Part shown: in pieces, positions 1 to 12,160 of the stretch
Position numbering within the stretch: position 1 is the stretch's first letter
Layout: every line of letters starts with the position of its first letter
Assembly (NCBI RefSeq): GCF_036321535.1
Contig: NC_087452.1
Location: 1,426,001 to 1,490,000, forward strand
From: Camelus dromedarius
Taxonomy: Eukaryota
Direction: 5' to 3'
Length of the DNA stretch: 64,000 bases
Made by a program: the position numbers and the translations under genes
Notes under the pieces: model-generated
What the model was told of the DNA's origin: nothing
Database searches by the model: none
Seen by the model: only the letters and a program-made list of their open reading frames with translations

Positions 1-464
1 AGGACCACATAGGTGGCAGACACGTCCGTGTGCACGGAGCTCACTCGGGACTGGCAGCTTGGGCACCCAATGTTTAAGGTCTCCACAAGGTTTATCTGGA
101 AAACAGAGGAAGAAAGCTTGTTTCCAGGGGTGGGAAGGCAGGGCGCCCTTCCTGCTCCAGGCTCACAGAGAACACCGGCCAAGCCCGGCCTGCCTCTGAG
201 GGGCTGTGCGTGTGTGGAGGGGTGGGTGGCCTTGTGCTCACCCAGGCGGCAGCCTTTGAGGGTCAGGGAGCCCACAGCTGCCACATCAAGAGTGTGGACG
301 GAGCCCGTCCCTGTCAGCCAGAGAGGACAGCCAGCGCCGCGCCTGCCCGCCCCTCTGCCCGCACCCTGGAAGCCGGGCTGATACAGTAATCAGGATGCCA
401 CACATGGACCCCGGGCCATGGCGGCTCCCTGGCCCTTTGTTCCCCCTCATTATTCTGGAGGAGG

Positions 465-634
465 NNNNNNNNNNNNNNNNNNNNNNNNNNNNNNNNNNNN
501 NNNNNNNNNNNNNNNNNNNNNNNNNNNNNNNNNNNNNNNNNNNNNNNNNNNNNNNNNNNNNNNNNNNNNNNNNNNNNNNNNNNNNNNNNNNNNNNNNNNN
601 NNNNNNNNNNNNNNNNNNNNNNNNNNNNNNNNNN
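465..634. other. Assembly gap (170 N)
   Basis: Run of N in the sequence. Confidence 0.99.
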
Positions 635-2942
635 ATTTAGGGAGTGAGTGTTCGGAGGATTAAAATTCGGCCCCCTCCGTGGTGGGGACATTCTCTGTGG
701 GGCCACCAGGAACCGCGCCCTCCCCCTCAGCCTCCAGGGGGCCCTGCAGGAGGGGGAGTCCTTGCTGTCCGGTGGAGGGACAGAGCCTGGCGCCAGAGCC
801 CACGCACCCATCCCAAACCCCTCATCCTCACCACTCAGAGCGGGGTGGGGCCACCGCGTCACATGGCCCGGCATCCAGACTGGACCTCAGGCTCAGAGCT
901 CCATCCCAGCCGCGCGGTTCCCCCCAAGGCCTGTTCACTGTTTCTGGAGCCTCCTCGTTCAGGAAAACCTACCGAGGGAGGGGCCCTGCCCTAGCAGGGC
1001 TCTCTCATTTGAGAGACACGCATGCACGTGTCTGCGCATCCCCGGCAGAGCCAGGCCCCCGTCAGCACCAGCAGAGAGACGACACTCTGTGGGGCTCTGG
1101 AGAGGGGGCACGCGCTGTCCTCCCACCACCTGGAGGACGGCCAGGGCTCTAGGGGGCTGTTGAGGCCGTGTGGCCACCTCTCTGCCGCTGACTGTGTGGC
1201 CTTGGGTGAGTCGTTCTCACCCCCAGGCCCCGGCTCCTGCCCCTGCTGGCGCAGTGGAGGGGGGTCTTCCTCACATGAGCCGAGCCTTGACAGAGGGCTT
1301 CCCCACCCTTCCTGGGCCGGGATCCGGGATCTGGCCTCTGCCCTTGGGAAGCCTCGGCTGGGTAGGGATGGGGCCGCGTGCACCACGATGGAGGCTGTGG
1401 GTCAGGACCAGTCTGGGCAGGGGCAGTTTGAGCTCAGCCCACCGTGTCTTGGCCGTGACCTTGGTCTCCCTCCTGTTGACCTCATGCCGCATCCTTCCTT
1501 GCGTGTGAGGAGCCCGCCCCCAGGGTACGGTGCGGAATCAAGGGCACGGCGGCCCAGGAGCACTTGGAGCGGTGCCTGGATACTGGCCAGGGTCACTGAC
1601 GGTGTCCTTGTGATTGGGGAGCACTGGCCGTGCCTGACCCTGGACCGTTCAGGCCAGGCCTGCCTCACACAAGGTGGTCTTCCACTTCAGACCCCCTCTC
1701 CGCCACAGAGGCCACTTTTAGCATCTGTGGGCAGCAGCTGGGTCCAGCAGTCCCCCAGTGGGACCCAGAACACGGAGGCAGCGAGGCCTCACCCCTGGAA
1801 GTATCGGAGACAGTCCCCTGGCCCAGCCCATGCTGCTGGGTCGGGGCGGCCCCAGTTCTGCCCTTGCCTAGCGCCACCTCCCCACCCCTGTGCCCCCTGC
1901 CTGTCCCTTCGGCTTTGTCCCAGCAAGAAGCACAAGGGCACTGGGCTGGCCAGGCCTGACCAGCTGTGTGACCTGGGCAGCCACCTCCCCTGCCTGGAAA
2001 GTGGCCCATGGGATGTCTGGAGGCCTGAGTGAGATGCTGAACGTCGCCGGCTTGGCGGTGTGTGGAGAACTCTAGCTGAGCGGTTGTGTCAGTGGTGGTG
2101 GCAGAGGTGACCTGGCCAGGCCAGGCCCAGCCATTGTCTGCACAGCCCCCTCCCCCAGGGCACCGCAGGGTTCCAGCCTGCCCTCCCCACCCAGGGGCTT
2201 TGTCAAACCTCAGCCCAGCCCAGCCGGCCAGCTGGGAAGAGTCCCCAGGGTACTCTGCTGTGTCCTTAGGGCCCTACCCCTGCCCGGCAGGCCCCCAGCT
2301 CCTGGAGCACTTATCCCAGCCCCTCTGAACCACCCACACGGCTGCTCGGTTCTTGCCTGTGCTGATGGGGAACAGGGGCTGAAGGGAAGGGACTAGGGTA
2401 TGGGGCCCCTGCGTGCCGAGGGGCTGGCTCCAAATCTGGGTGGGCTTCCCGCTGGACCAGAGGGCCAGTGCATACCCACCTCCTCCCACAGCTCAGCCAA
2501 CCAACCCCCTGCTCCCCAGGCCTCCTGTAGGTTGACGAGCCTGACTCTGCTGTGGGCTGCGGGAGGGTAACAGTATCCAGGGGGACGGGGTGAGCTCTGA
2601 TTCCCTGGGGGGTGGGGCCGCCGTGGGAGCGCTGGCTGTCAGGGCCTGGTCCCTGGCAGATAAAACAGAGGGCAGGTGTGCAGGGCTGCCTGAGTCCCCC
2701 TTCCTGGAGATGCTGGCCGCGGCTGCAGGCTGCACCCTGTCTCCTGGGGACATGGCTCTTGATATGGGACAGTGGAGAGAGCCGTGGTCCCCCCCAGAGG
2801 GAGGCCTGGAAAGCATCAAAGAAGGCAGAACCAAAGTGCTAAGTTTTTTGCTGAAAGACTGAAGGCTAAGTGGGGTTTGCCAAGTAGACGTGCATCGTGG
2901 GGTACCCCAGGTTGAGGGAGCAGTGGGTAGAGCTTGGGGGAG

Positions 2943-3316
2943 TGAGAGGCCGTGCCTGTAGGGGTGAGAGACGGGGTCTGTGCAGGGTCAGAGGTGGGGC
3001 CTGTGGGGGGGGGGTGAGAGGTGGGGTCTGTGCGGGGGTCAGAGGCGGGGCCTGTTCGCGGGTTAGAGGCGGGGTCTGTGCGGGGTCGGAGGTGGGGCCT
3101 GTGAGGGGGTGAGAGGTGGGGTCTGTGCGGGGGTCAGAGGCGGAGCCTGTTCGCGGGTTAGAGGCGGGGTCTGTGCGGGGTCGGAGGTGGGGCCTGTGCG
3201 GGGGTGAGAGGTGGGGTCTGTGCTGGGTGAGGTGGGGTCTGTGCTGGGTGAGGAGGGGTCTGTGCTGGGTGAGAGGCGGGGCCTGTGCAGGGGTCAGTGG
3301 TGGGGTCTGTGCAGGA
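2943..3316 (+). repeat. G-rich minisatellite, ~23-25 bp unit (GAGAGGYGGGGYCTGTGCGGGGGT), ~16 copies, with a 95 bp four-unit higher-order repeat
   Basis: Units read directly; the higher-order block restarts at 3016, 3111 and 3206. Confidence 0.95.
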
Positions 3317-6300
3317 GACAGATGGTCCAGGCCTGGTTAGAGGAATTCGGACGCCTGCCTGAGGAACACCTGAAGATTTCTGAGCTGGGAGGGTAAGTCA
3401 GGTCTTTGTTCTGGAAGGCCGCTGACCCAAGAGCAGATCAGATGAGGTAGCTGGCAGGGGCCCTGGGGGGTGCCGGGCATGCTCCCCACCGCGGCTGTGC
3501 TGCTTCTGTGAGGGATGGGGGCCTGCCTGGGCTCCCAGGCTGCACTCCACCCCGGGAACGGCCCCGGGCAGGAGGTATGAGCCCTGGCTGCCCCGATCAC
3601 CAGCCTTAGTGACCCTGCACAGGCTCTTCAGGGGGCGTGGCCCCGGGCTGACGGCAGTAGGCGACACTGAGTGGTGTTGGGGAGTTCAGAACCCCCACCA
3701 GCCCCAGGTGACAGCAGACCCCGCTGCCCTGATTGCCCCTCTGTAGCTAAGCCTCTGTCTGATTCTCGAGACCAAGTCATTTCCTATTTCAGAACGGTTT
3801 TGTTTTTTGCCTTAAAACAAAGTCCTTCCTTCTATACAACGCACTGGTTTTCCCTCGCCAGGCACCCCCAGTCTCCAAAGCCTTGACTGCATTGTAATTT
3901 CAATTTACACAGTGTGGGAAAGATTTTTGCAAAGGGTCCTTTTTTGTTTTTGAAGAATTCATCACTGCTGCTAAGAAGCTTAATATAAATTAAAGGAGGA
4001 ATTAGGCAACATTAAGACATCAAAATGGGGGTGCAGGCGCCCGTTGCCTCGCCTCCGCCCATCAAAGGGGCTGCGTGGAGCCCGTCCCTGTGCGCTGAGA
4101 GCCTCAGACAGAGCCGGGCTCCCAGGAAGAGCCCGTCTGTGCCCGCCTCCTCTAATTCCCTTTGTTGCACGGACAGCGGAGCACACTTCTGATAAAAACT
4201 TAATCACCTTATCTTTTTAAAGCAAATTGCATCTTTGTTTATTTATGGGATCCGTAGCAGGAAGAGATGGAAGGAAAGCCAGGCAGCCGTCCACCCCTAG
4301 CCACATTCATGGCTCCCAAGGATGAACACGAAAAACCAGGCCTGCAAAGCAGTGGCAAGGGTTCCAAAGTCACCCTCACCCCACAAGGCATGTTCAGGGT
4401 GCCCAGCAGGAGGGGAGCCGACGGGGGCCCCGGGCTGCCCCAGCAGCCCTCACATCAGCTCCTGTCCCGAGCCCGGCTCTCCGTAACACCGTGAGCCCAG
4501 GCCACCTGGCCTGCTGCACCTCGGTGGGGACTGTGGGTGGTGGCGGCAGCCGTCGGGCACGCTGGGCCTGTCCTGCCCAAGGCTCCCTCCCGTTTCTGCC
4601 CCCTTGCCCCCGCCCCCTGCTGCTCCCAGGCAGGCGTCCAGTCCAGAGTTGGGGTCTGGCTGAACTCAAGAGCCTCCATGGCCATCCAGCATCCCCCCAA
4701 CCCTGTACGGCAGCCCAGCCCAGCTGCCAGCTCTGTCCCACTGACCCCCGGCCTCCCATCATCACCAGGAGGCCAAGCCCCCAAAGGGCCCTGCCCGTCA
4801 CCCTGCTTTCTCCCTGCCGTGCTCTCTCCAAAGCGGCTTGCTCTGGGAGGGGGTGCTGGGATGGCTGGAGCTGGCACAGCCCTGAGGGGCCACCGAGGGC
4901 CCAGTGACCCCAAGATGCTTGCAAAGGCTCAGCTCTCACTGGAGATTGCAGGCCGCCTCCCAGCGTGGGGGGCCCTCTCCCAGCACAGCGCCAGCATGAA
5001 CAGTGTCCCAGCAGTCGGAGGCCATTTGCTGGCTTTGATGGCATGTCAGGGCGGCACCCTCGGCCGGGGCTTGTGAAAAACATTGCTGCTGCATTCTTCC
5101 CTGATGACCCCGAGCCCGAGCCAGGACCCAGCAGCCTCCAGCCATTGTGCCTTTGTGTGGAGCTGGTGCGCGGTGAGAAAGGCCAGCCCGGCCCTGGGAG
5201 AGTGTCCTGAAGGGAAGCCACGGGTAGCAGAGTCACCCCCAGGGTCACGCCAGCCCCCCTCCACTGCATCCCCGGGTCTGGGCTCATGGGGAGTGGAGCG
5301 GGGCATCGGGGCTCCAGGAATCCCAAGGTTTAGGGAGAAGGAGCAGGGACGTCTGCTGAGCCCATGGGATAATGAGCACAGGGTGAACTTCAAATGTGCA
5401 GCTCCTTGAACCCCCATGCCTACCCTGCCAGGCTCCAGGTCACATGGGCCGGGGGCCTGAGCCACTGGTGTTAGAGGTGTTTCCCAGCCTGGGAGGCACG
5501 AGCCCCACCAGAGCATCTCCCTTCCCTCTGCTTCCCGGCACCCGGCGAGACCCCGCCCATTCCCTGTGTTTCACCGGCAAACCCTCCCTGAGCCGCGGGC
5601 CACACCCTGCACTGCAGAGGTGTCCCCCTACCCAAGGCCACTGGGGAATAGACACAAAGCAGAACTCCTGCTCGGCAGCGGGGGGGTCCAGGTGGGATCC
5701 TGCTTGGCGCGGGCGGCAGAGGGAGCCTTCTGATGGAGACCGTGGCCGAGCAGGAGTTAGCGAGAGGGCAGATAAAGGAAGTGCCTGCTGTCTCCTGAGC
5801 ACAGGGCGGATGGGGAGAGGAGGCACCAGAGGCTGGTGACTGGATGACACAAGGCCTCGGATGCCAAGTAAGAGAGAGACTCTCCTGTTGGTGGAACTGA
5901 GCTGGGACGGCCACTCTGCCGCTAGGGGCGTAACTGGGGAGGAGGCCAGCACCACAGAGGCTCCTGTGCAGTCAGGGCAGCAGTGGTGTCAGAAACCGTG
6001 GCCGTGCAGGTGCGACAGGGCGCAAGGCTCCCTCGCCCGCAGTCAGAGGCTGCAGAAGCGATGCCCGTGGCCTGGACGTGGCGGTGAGCTTCCTGGCCCA
6101 CACCAGCTCTGAGAGCCTTCACCAGGTGGTGGAGATGGGCCTGGCCCAGGTCGCGGCCCACTGCTTCCCTGCCCACCCCCCACGGCCCTCCTCCTCTTCT
6201 CCCTGCTGCCTGCTCTGGGCCCCAGCCTGGGTGCCCTGTGCTTACAGCAGTGGTGGAGCCTGCTGGTAGAAGGTGAAAACAGCCGTTGGAAAAAAATAGC

Positions 6301-8699
6301 TGGGGAGGGAGGAGGTCAGGGCAGCAGGGGAGGGTCAGGAAGGCCTGCAGAGGTGACGCTGCACAGTGACTCGGAGGAGGTGAACCTGGAAGCCCCTGGA
6401 GCCCTGGGGCGAGTCTTCAGCTGAGGGACAGCAAGGCGGCGGCCCCGGCGTAGGGGTGCGCCTAGTGCGCTGGAGGGGCGGGCGGACGGAAACACCTCAT
6501 GCCAGGTCGAGTGGGAGGGGGGCCACAGAGTCAGCGGCCAGGAGCTCCCCTGTGCTCCCCGTCACCCCAGGTGTTGCCAGGGGCCTTCCAGGATGGGGCC
6601 ACACAGTGCTGCCAGCCCGCACAGCCGGCCAGGGCACTGCAGAGGAAGGTCCCTGCAAGGGGGCAGCAGTTCATGAGAGCGGGCTGTCCTGCTGGCCTCT
6701 GCATCCCCAGGGCCCACAGGAAGTGCTCGAGAGCCACTCATCATGGACACAGGCAGATGGACGACTGGCACTGTCCCCGCCCCTCTGCCCCCCAGGTTGT
6801 GTGCAGCTCCCGCAGGTCCCTGAGAGCCTCCCAGCACGTGGGGCGCCTCGTGGGTGCAGTAACTGGTCACCCTGTAGCCCTGGCCCGGCAGCCCCTGGCA
6901 GAACGCCACAGTCCTTGGGCATCACTGTCACCACCACCCAGGACCAGGCACGCAGACTCTCGCCTAGCGTCTACGTGTGGCCGGCCCCTCCTCTCCAGCC
7001 CCAGTTCCCACATTCTTCCTGGAGAAGCCAGCTCGGCTGTTTCCTTGGTCGCCTGGTGGCTGTCTGCCTGTCTTGTTGCCTTGTATTCTGTCTGCCCTTC
7101 CCAGACTGTAAACTCCCGGTGGGGGTGGGGGGCCCACCATCGTCTCCCAGGCCTGGAGCATCCCGTGAATGTTCTCAGGCAACAGGCACCCCGACCTGCC
7201 CTCTCTTCCCTCCACTCGCCTCCACTAGGCTGAGGGGAAAGTCCGCTGAGATACAAAGCAGCTCCCAGCGGTGTTGCCACGAATCCAAACCGCCCGGCAG
7301 CCCCAGCGACAGGCCCCTGCTGGTCGGCTTCCTGGCGCTGTGTCCCGGCCACCCCAAGTGGAGCGGAGGGAGTCGAGGCTGGCTCTCTCCAAACAGCAAT
7401 CAAATGGCCACATCTCCACCAGCGCCAGATAGGTTTTCCGGCTCTGCCCGCTCCGGGCGGCGCGAGGTACACACCGCATGTAACAAGAGCCTTCACGGGC
7501 GAGATGGGCCGCTGATTGGGCCACGCCTGTCTCCCCAGCAGGGCGCGGACGCCAGGGAGCCCTGTGCCTCTCCTGCCATCAGACCTCCTGGCACCGGAGG
7601 GAGACAGGCTGCCCCCCTGCCATTTGTCAGGGTCTGGTGCCAGCCACTGTCTCTGCAGAAGGAAGGCTGGGCTCCGATTTAGGGAGTCAGATACCTGCAG
7701 GCCTGGCACTCGCTGGAGGCCTGGCCCTGGGCCATTCCCACGCCCCACGCCACATCCCAGAGGCCCAAAGACCAGCCGGGTGTGGGGCCTGTGATTTGAC
7801 ACCAGGCCACCGGGCAGGAGGGCGGCTCCCTTTGGCAAGGATCTCCTTGGCCACAGTGTCCGGGAGCCCCAAGGACATCAGCTACATGTCCCCACCACCC
7901 CAGGTGGTGACTTTGAAGTGACCGGGGGTCTCATCCACCAGTGGAGAGGGGGACTGAGCCCCTCATGCCGTGGGCAAGGCATCCCTAGAACCAGCCTCCT
8001 GGTCACCTTGTGACACGTCCGGGAGCTGTGCTCACAGCCTGGTGCCCCTACCCAACCGCTTTCAGGAGTCTGCTTCCGGTGGGTCCCAGAGTTCAAATCC
8101 TGACTCTTCCTGGCTGACCGTGGGCCCTCGCGTGAGGCACTGCCCTCCTCAGGGCTCCATTCTCCACAAACATGCGAGTGCCCGGTGAGACGGGACAGCA
8201 GGTCCTCCCCGCACTGGAGCGCCACCCCTGAGCTTCCGCCTGGCTTCTCTTCTCAGGAGAAAGCCAGCGCCAGCAAGGCTGGGGCAAGGGAGGACACTGC
8301 CCAGGGGTCCACAGACACCCTCTGCCTCGGGCCCACCCCAGCTTCCCACCAGCTCTGGGCACCTGGCCGCTAGGTCCCCTGGCCGACGGAGCGCCCCTAT
8401 GTGTGGTAGAAGCGCATGTCCTCTCTGGAGACAGCAGCCTGCCAGGACCCGCGTTTGGCAAGAGGGCGTGAAGTCCAGGAGCTGCCGCCCTCTGGGCCTC
8501 CCTGCCCCGTGCCAGGCTCCCGGGGCCCCTCAGCTTGCCCTCCCCACAGCCCGGCCAGCTCGCTGCCGTCGGGAGCCCCAGGGGGCTGGGGGCTCACGGA
8601 GACAGAGCGGCTTGTTCTGGGCGTCTGCTCGTGCAGAGCCGGTCTGGGGCCGGGCCCCGTGCTCCCTCCACGCAGAGTCCTCGCAAAGTCCAGCCCCAG

Positions 8700-8790
8700 A
8701 GAAGGGGGCCCAGCGGCGTGCTGTTTGAGGAGGGATGGGTGTTCCAGGCAGAGGGAACAGCATGTGCAGAGGCTCATGAGTGTGACGGGG
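8700..8790 (-). mobile_element. LINE-2 fragment
   Basis: gttccaggcagagggaacagcatgtgcagaggc matches the recalled L2 3' region signature. Confidence 0.65.
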
Positions 8791-9581
8791 AGCCCACGAA
8801 TGGTCACGTGATCCTCCAGGCTGCAGGGAAAGCACGACGGCCGTGGGTGAAGGGGCTGGAAGGGTCAGGCGGGCGTTAGGGCGTCAGCAGGACACAGCTT
8901 TCTGCTCTGTCGTTCGGCCGAGGATCCGTATTGAGGAACCAGTAAGCAGTGGGGCTGCCTGGGGCTGGGAAGGCAGCGTCTGCCAGAGCCCAGGGAGGAG
9001 GTCCTGCAACAGGCGCTCCATCCACAGAGGGTGGGAGCACCCCCCACTCCCTCCTCCGTGCTCTGACCCACTGGGGCCGCGCTGGCAGGGCCCTGGTGCC
9101 GTCTGCAGAAGCCACCTCCCGGGCACCCAGCAGGCGGAGCGCGTCTCCAGGGGCGGCTGGGGGACCCTTAGCCTAGGGGCCTCTAATGCCCAGTTTTGGA
9201 GTGAGAGGTGGCGTAAGTGCGCTGGGAGCAGCAGGACCGTTTCGATCAGGAAAGGCCGTGACCACCAAGCCCGGGATTGATCCCCACAGGGGCCTGAGCG
9301 CAAGGTGGAGGGGCAGGCCCAGGGCCAGGAGACCCAGGTCTGGTGACGTGGCCCAACACTGGGGGGAGGGCTGGACTGCAGGCCTCCGGGAGGGAGACGG
9401 GGGAGGGGACAGAAAGGGGCGAGCCCAGGACGACCCTGGGGTCCAGGCCAGGCCAAGGAGGGTGTGGGGGTGTTGCTGAGCGGGGCAGGGCTGGAGCTGG
9501 GCCAGCGTGGGTGCCTGTCTGGGTGGCACGTGGGCAGGCCAGGGAGTGGCAGAGTGACTGGCCCTTCTCTGTGTGTTGCAG

Positions 9582-9772
9582 GCGGCCTCAGCCCCGAGTC
9601 CAAGAAGATCCTGACACCTGCCCTCAAGAAGCGGGGCCGCACCGGCCGCGGGGAGGCAGCCAGGCAGGAGGACGGCCCCGAGCGGCCGGAGCCTGCGCAG
9701 CCCGTGGCTCTCAGCCTGTCCTTCAAGCGCTACGTCTTCGACACCCACAAGCGCATGGTCCAGTCTCCCTGA
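9582..9772 (+). CDS. EEFSEC: Selenocysteine-specific elongation factor eEFSec, terminal coding exon (C-terminal part of domain 4)
   Basis: Translates (G)GLSPESKKILTPALKKRGRTGRGEAARQEDGPERPEPAQPVALSLSFKRYVFDTHKRMVQSP*, matching the known mammalian eEFSec C-terminus. Phase-1 AG acceptor, TGA at 9770-9772, synteny with DNAJB8/GATA2. Confidence 0.96.
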
Positions 9773-9968
9773 GTGCCCACTGGTCGTCCCCGGGGCATCT
9801 CACCCAGGCCTGACTGGGCCACAGAGCCAAACCCCCGACCAGACGTGCCTCCACCCCTGCGCCCTCCCGCCAGGGGACAGCACCCGTGTCGGATGGACTT
9901 CGGCCAGACAGCTGCTGGCTAGTGGCTCCCCGGCTGCCTGGCTGGTGGCCCAGCACTAGCCAGGTGCA

Positions 9969-9974
9969 AATAAA
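9969..9974 (+). terminator. EEFSEC: EEFSEC polyadenylation signal AATAAA
   Basis: Canonical hexamer ~200 nt after the stop, followed by U/GU-rich sequence (ctgcttgtctct). Confidence 0.85.
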
Positions 9975-12049
9975 TGTGCCATGGTGCCTGCTCACTCTGC
10001 TTGTCTCTACGATTTCACTGATGGTCGCCCTGCCCCGTCCCTCCCCAGATCTGCTCCGAGGGGAACGACAGAGGAGTGCTGAGAGTGGGACTGGAGGAGG
10101 GACCCAACCTCGGGGCCCAGTGAGCTGAGGGGGTTCAACGTGTCAGGCCCTTAGGCCAGGCTGGTGGCCCCTGGGATCTCCTGGGCCTTGAGAGGCCGGT
10201 GGGGGAGGGGGGTCTTGGGCAGCTGAGTCTGAGGGTCTGAGGGCACCTATGGGGTGTCGGGGAGCAGCAGGCACCAGGCCTGGGCTCCGGGGCAGAAAGC
10301 AGGCTGGAAGGGGTGCTCCTGCTTCCTGGCACCAGCCACCCCAGGCCCTGTGCAGAGCCCACCGCAGCCAGCCCCCTCCAAAACCCAGGGAGCCCCACCT
10401 AGCTCCTCTGCCCCGGCACCTGCAGGCACCCTGCCCTGCGGCCGAGCTGTCCACACTCAGGAAAGATGAAGTGGCAGAGCTGACTGATAGAGGAGCATCA
10501 AAGCTTTTAAAGGCCGCAAACAAAGTCTGCAGGATGAACAGATGTGCCAGGGTCCCTTTATTTGGCCTCCCTTTTACCCTGGTAATCGGTGCATTATGCT
10601 TTAATTTGAAAAAATGGCATTAAAAATATGAACAGGGGCAGGTCATGATCAGATGACTGGGGCTTGGTAAGCCCTGGAGCTGAGGGCCCAGGAGAGGGAA
10701 GGCGCCGTGGAAACGCCGGGCCTGTGCGTGGCAGCAGGCAGCCCTGCAAACCCCCCGCGCAGGGTGCTGGGGCGGAGCTGGCCGGCCACCCCATGGCCCT
10801 CCCAGGGACCCGGGCGTCCCGCCAGGCAGCAGTCAGGGGTGACCACTGAGGGCAGGGCGGCAGGGAGGGTCCAGGACTGGCCCCCACGTCCCCCTGAGCT
10901 GGGAGCAGAGCATGCACAGTGGTAAGGGGTGTGGGGTGGCTTCAGGCAGATGCCCCGCAGCTCCCAGCCCAGTCCACTCCTGGGGGAGCAGGAAGGGCCT
11001 TCGTGAGCGCTGCTGGAGCCAGGCCCCGGGCTGGCCACCTCCTGTGGCTGCTCAGCCCTTTGGTGGGGGAGACGGCAGAGCTGGGGACTTGGGGGCTTGC
11101 CCCTCAAATGAGGAAACCTATTGTCACCTTCAGCTTATGGGGAGCTGGCTGGGCACGGCTGGGTACCCCCAGTCAGGCCAAGTCCTCCCTCCGGGCCTCT
11201 CAAAGGGGTCCCCTCAAGGTGGGGTGGAGAGTAGCCCTCTCCAGCAGCGGGTCCCGCCCTGCCCTGCACAGGCCGTGTGACCCTGGGCCGGTCACTGTCT
11301 CTCTCCAGATGAGGGGTCCTGGGACCTGGCAAGCCTGGAGGGGTCTTCGGTAAACAGGCGGCAGATCCATGGTGGAGCATGGGCTCAAGCCCCTGCTGGG
11401 GTTCTGACCCTGGCCACCCTGCGGACCGGCTGTCTGACCTTGGGCAGGTCTCTGCCTCTGCCCGGGGGTCCCGGGTACAGCCCTGAAGTAAGAGCAGCTG
11501 CTGGCCCTCGTGTGCCCTGCAGCCCAGGAGGGGGACCAGCCGACGTGTTCTCCCCCGGGGGGGTCGGGCCTGCACACCCCTCAGCAGTTGTGCGGGCAGC
11601 CCAAACCAGCACTGTGCCAGCATGGCCACTTCTCCAGGACCTCTGGGAGTCCCCACCCCTGCCCCACATCTCACTGGAAGACAGCACACTCAGAGCCCAG
11701 GGAAGGAGGAGGGCTCAGCAAAGGAAACTGAGGCATGGTAGGCGGGAGCAGCCCAGGCCATGAGGCAGGGAGGGGCCCCCGGCGCCCCGCGTGTGGCTCC
11801 AGGGTGCAGCGAGACTGCCCGTGTGGCGACAGCCCAGAAGGGGATGCTATCAGGCCTGGCATCGGTTGAAACCTGAGTGCCCGAGAGCCATGTCAGGCCG
11901 GGTGCAGCCTCTGAAGGGGGAGCGCCCTGGGCGGGCAGGGCAGGGGCCGGCGCCTGGCACTCTCACAAGCAGGGTCCCCCTTCCCTGGGCTCTGCATTTT
12001 GTAGAGGAAGGGGCTACAATATGCCAAGTCCACTGCAGCCACCATCACA

Positions 12050-12160
12050 TGCATAAACTCTCTGAAGCTGCTTGTCTACCCATAGCGGTGGCCTGGGGTT
12101 CAGCTGGCCCCAGCCACTGCCTCAGGTAGAGCTGGGATTTGAACCAGGTCTGGATGACTC
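12050..12160 (-). mobile_element. MIR fragment
   Basis: agagctgggatttgaaccaggtctggatgactccaga is the reverse of the MIR 5' part. Confidence 0.6.

Larger units (their letters stand above)
1..9581 (+). other. EEFSEC: 3' part of the last intron of EEFSEC
   Basis: Ends at the acceptor ...ttctctgtgtgttgcag (AG 9580-9581). No penultimate-exon peptide (recalled GQSGKFKIHIP-type) seen upstream in the window. Confidence 0.8.

Noticed and set aside
6456-7682. 408 aa ORF and similar long ORFs (1022-2032, 4394-5326, 29146-30201, 34833-35798)
   Set aside because: Pro/Gly/Arg/Ala-rich with no domain, and overlapping ORFs in several frames: expected from stop-codon scarcity in GC-rich DNA.
9464-9581. N-terminal part of ORF 9464-9772
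   Set aside because: Intronic read-through upstream of the EEFSEC acceptor; only 9582-9772 matches the protein.
9773-9990. SECIS element in the EEFSEC 3'UTR
   Set aside because: EEFSEC is not a selenoprotein, and no AUGA/GA quartet with an AAR loop was evident.
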